From a virus, in UHGV virus genome UHGV-0304565: a stretch of DNA of 36,690 bases, one strand, 5' to 3'. How positions within the stretch are numbered: the stretch's first letter is position 1; each line of letters opens with the position of its first letter. Both the position numbers and the translations under genes were made by a program. The notes below the pieces were generated by a model. That model ran no database searches. It was not told the DNA's origin and worked only from the letters and a program-made list of their open reading frames with translations. This document shows positions 34,701-36,690 of this stretch, piece after piece.

Positions 34701-35898
34701 CATTGAAGAAATGAAAAAAACCGTGGCTGAAGTTGAGCGTTCCAGTGCCGAAGTGACAACAAACATTGAGGCATTGGCTAAAACAAACATCGATCTTGCT
34801 TTGCGTCAGGATGAAGATCAGCACAAGCAGATGGTGAGTAATGCGAAGATCACCACAACTCAGAAGGCTTTTGCAGACGATATATCTGCAATGGCTACGA
34901 AAATGGAAGAAATTCGCGCTGAAATAAATGAGGATATCAGAGCTTCAATCACTGAAGAAACAACGGCTCGTGTAGATGCTGATAATGCTATTGCAAGCAG
35001 AATCACCAAACTTGAATCAAAGATTAACGATGATATTTCTGCCGCAATTGTGAGTGAACAAGAGGCACGAGCTAGTGCCGATGAAGCACTTTCAAAAGAA
35101 ATACTATCGTTACAAGCCAAAATTGAAGGCGATATTAGTGCAGCTATATCTGAAGAAAAAATTGCCCGAGCAACTGCTGATGAATCTTTAGCACAACAGA
35201 TAACCACATTGAAGAGCCAGACGGGTAAAGATATTAAGGCGGCTGTAGCAGAAGAGACGAAAGCCAGAACTGACGCTGATTCGGCTTTGGCTTCTAGTAT
35301 CACTAATCTACAGGCGCAAACGAGCAAAGATATTAATGCCGCGATTACGTCTGAGGCGACTGTGCGCACAAACGCCGACAATGCTCTAAGTGGACGAATT
35401 GACACCTTAAAAGCATCAGTTGATGGAAATACAGCGACAATTCAAGAGCAGGCAACTGCTATTGCTGATACTAACAAAAAGGTTTCAACCGCGTGGACGT
35501 TGAAGATGGAAACGTCAACAAGTGGTGGGCAAAAATATGTCGCAGGTATTGCGCTTGGAATTGACACCACGGGGCTTTCCCAGTTTTTGGTGCAAGCAGA
35601 TCGATTTGGTCTAGTCAACTCAGTTAACGGAAAGATCACCACACCATTTGTTATCGAAAACAGCGTTGCATACATGAATGGTGCGTATATTAAGGATGGT
35701 ACTATCACAAATGCAAAGGTAGGTGACTTGCAATCAACAAACTTCGTAAGCGGACGAGCCGGATGGCGATTTGGTAAAAATGGAACGCTTGAGATCAACG
35801 GCAATAGTGGCGGCAATGGGAGATTGGTTATAAATGGTCAGAGGATTGACGTTTATGATGACAATAATGTCCTTCGAGTTAGGATTGGTCAGCTTTGA
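31738..35898 (+). CDS. J: Host specificity protein J (central tail fibre/tip attachment protein)
   Basis: Multiple segments match lambda J (YPN..LVG..V.SEQFGS, VPSNYN, WDGTFK, AFGCTSRGQAHR.GLWL, KITxSxLGxxLLE, YVAGIxL...LSQFLV). Contains a long coiled-coil insert and lacks the lambda C-terminal domain. Confidence 0.9.
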   Translation: MEQFKKKKLPLFIAGAGGKKSSKSSSRTPVEADDTVNSRAMAAILDLLGEGVIGGLVNGARSIFIDDLPIVNEDGSSNFSGITWDFRDGSQDQTPMSGFDFVETPKSVNIQLKKTHYVTVSIDNDEADRVRVIMKFPSLRSIDKKTGDTNGTTVEYKFQIANGDSTFVDVVAEGEKSVGIKLTAKKTGVYYRSYELKLSKPGRAYKVRVVRITDDNSSQYLYNDTWVDSIGEIVDTPMNYPNSVLVGLKVNSEQFGSTMPSRSYLVRGLKIRVPSNYNEASNTYDGVWDGTFKLLSSSNPAWILFDLLTNARYGLGQYVSESMIDLGQLYQIGRYCDEEVDDGFGGKEKRFAINTQITSRQDAYRLIQDIAGAFRGMVFWAGGMVNIMQDSPSDPVMMFTNSNVKDGLFTYKGSARKDRPSVALVTYNNKEDGYKQNIEYVEDQDAMRRYGERKTEVVAFGCTSRGQAHRVGLWLLYTARMESDVITFTAGLDASFLMPGETVLIQNKYRAGKRNSGRIVEFTKNSITLDAPVSLAKSGSFIRILNQEGKIVERDVLETGENITKVTFSKALSSAETPVLNGVWTITEPDLEPMRVRIVNIAQGETPGSFDITAVENNPSKYEAIDNGATLIPQNTTVLDPTYSKPSNLQITEGTYLSSPGNLSVKLTATWEGKSPEYWISWRRSDENNVSNWQSARVTEEQYEIVNVAENGRYDFQLYAVSFNGKKTEIISTVYQVLGTMTPPDAPTSLTAVGDYRNVILNWVNPDSVDLDHINVYASQTNNLDTAKLIAESASTTFTHAGLGDSETWYYWVRASNKRGMLSPPNSNLGTEATTRDVLSFLTGKITSSELGQALLEEIDSKVSQEAVDSIYEQMDESLKSLDDKFTETDRRLEEAQNDLKTDVSSTVSKVEDALKEVENSNAALIQLQETVSEQGKAVAGAVEAANAALDNSSALIAEEREARVEGDLANAKEIEAMKSTVDSSLATIEEMKKTVAEVERSSAEVTTNIEALAKTNIDLALRQDEDQHKQMVSNAKITTTQKAFADDISAMATKMEEIRAEINEDIRASITEETTARVDADNAIASRITKLESKINDDISAAIVSEQEARASADEALSKEILSLQAKIEGDISAAISEEKIARATADESLAQQITTLKSQTGKDIKAAVAEETKARTDADSALASSITNLQAQTSKDINAAITSEATVRTNADNALSGRIDTLKASVDGNTATIQEQATAIADTNKKVSTAWTLKMETSTSGGQKYVAGIALGIDTTGLSQFLVQADRFGLVNSVNGKITTPFVIENSVAYMNGAYIKDGTITNAKVGDLQSTNFVSGRAGWRFGKNGTLEINGNSGGNGRLVINGQRIDVYDDNNVLRVRIGQL
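34924..35418 (+). repeat. Five tandem ~99-bp (33-aa) repeats inside J
   Basis: Protein repeats of the pattern DI.AAI..E...R..AD.AL...I..L.A... Confidence 0.65.
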
Positions 35899-35928
35899 TT
35901 GTGGAAAAAAATAATCATTTCTGTAAAA

Positions 35929-35994
35929 ATAGGTAGGTACTAACTTAATGGTGGGCATGGAACGCCCACCATATCTAGGAGCAAAGGATAAATG
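35929..35994 (+). promoter_or_regulatory. Late regulatory module: ATAGGTAGGTACTAACTTAAT motif, GC hairpin (35950-35970), SD aggag, ATG
   Basis: Same architecture as 19498-19563 (motif, GGTGGGC/GCCCACC hairpin, TAGGAGCAA SD). Confidence 0.45.
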
Positions 35995-36690
35995 TGGTAC
36001 AGGGAAGGTACAATAAATCTCACTAAAGGAAATAAAACTGTAGTGGGAACAGGCACAGCCTGGGGAGTGACGGCGAACGGCGTCCTTCCAGGTATGATAT
36101 TGATTGGCCCCGATAATAAGTTATATGAAATAAAATCAATCGAGAGTGACACTTCGTTAACTCTTGTTGAAGCCTACGGTGGCAGCACCCAAACAAATGT
36201 TCCGTGCAGAATAATTACGACCTATGAAGGTGATTTGACCCAATTTAGTGCTCGTTTTACTGCGCTTATGTCTCGCATGTCAGCCGATTCAAAAATGATG
36301 CGTAGTTGGCTGACTGCCGTGGATGAAATAACAATTGAGCGTGAAGATGGCACGGAATTAACCGTAAAATCCCTTACGCAGATCGTTAATGAGCACAATG
36401 AGAACCTAGAATGGTATAAAGAAAATACTCCCATAATTAACACCGCTGCACAAAAAGCTAAAGAGGCGGCAGCGAGCGCAACAGCGGCCAAAAAATCAGA
36501 AACCAACGCAAAAGCGAGTGAGACCGCGGCGAAGAGCAGCGAAACGAACGCGAAGTCCAGCCAGACGGCAGCGAAAACCAGTGAGACGAATGCAAAGGCG
36601 AGCGAGACGGTGGCGGTAAACTCGGCGAAAGCCGCCGCAACCAGCCAGAGCGCAGCAAAAGCAAGTGAGGATGCTGCAAGAGAATATGCA
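35992..36690 (+). CDS. Side tail fibre protein, 5' partial (runs off the window)
   Basis: Open frame of 233 codons to the window edge; C-terminal part shows the K.SETNAK.SE.AA repeats typical of phage side tail fibres; strong SD. Confidence 0.7.
   Translation, partial: MWYREGTINLTKGNKTVVGTGTAWGVTANGVLPGMILIGPDNKLYEIKSIESDTSLTLVEAYGGSTQTNVPCRIITTYEGDLTQFSARFTALMSRMSADSKMMRSWLTAVDEITIEREDGTELTVKSLTQIVNEHNENLEWYKENTPIINTAAQKAKEAAASATAAKKSETNAKASETAAKSSETNAKSSQTAAKTSETNAKASETVAVNSAKAAATSQSAAKASEDAAREYA

Noticed and set aside
34499-35816. Minus-strand ORFs inside J (34499-34790, 34860-35405, 35442-35816)
   Set aside because: Antisense to the repeat-rich coiled-coil region of J; the alanine/serine-rich products are typical of repeat shadow frames.
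1-36690. Lysogeny module (integrase, repressor, attP) or lysis cassette (holin/endolysin)
   Set aside because: No protein with recombinase or lysozyme-like motifs was recognised by eye; these functions may lie outside the window or among the unassigned small proteins.

Overview
The window reads as a large part of a tailed dsDNA phage genome (siphovirus type) with a lambda-like tail-tip module; the host is probably enterobacterial, judged from recognisable similarity of the J, L and M homologues to phage lambda. All calls were made by eye from the sequence and ORF track, with no database searches. Layout: (1) 1-5310, a plus-strand early region of small genes of unknown function, each behind a GATAAT-type -10 element and an AAAACAA-n-TTGTTTT palindrome and mostly followed by an intrinsic terminator. 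It encloses a 0.8-kb A+C-rich non-coding tract with its own promoter and terminator. (2) 2176-2310 and 5344-5475, two iteron-like arrays of GGGAAACGGCTG-type repeats with 11/22-bp phasing. (3) 5846-10507, a minus-strand block ending in tandem terminators, holding an SF2 helicase and six unknown proteins, one with a signal peptide. (4) 10590-13992, a translationally coupled plus-strand cassette: two ParB/Srx-like proteins, an ABC-type ATPase, a small protein and a GNAT-like acyltransferase. This is my best candidate for an undescribed system, but its function is unknown. (5) 14188-36690, the morphogenesis module: terS, terL, portal, scaffold, major capsid, Ig-like decoration protein, connector proteins, major tail protein, G/GT chaperones with a -1 frameshift, tape measure, M, L, K, I, J, and a side tail fibre gene running off the 3' edge. 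No integrase, lysis genes, tRNA or CRISPR array were recognised.
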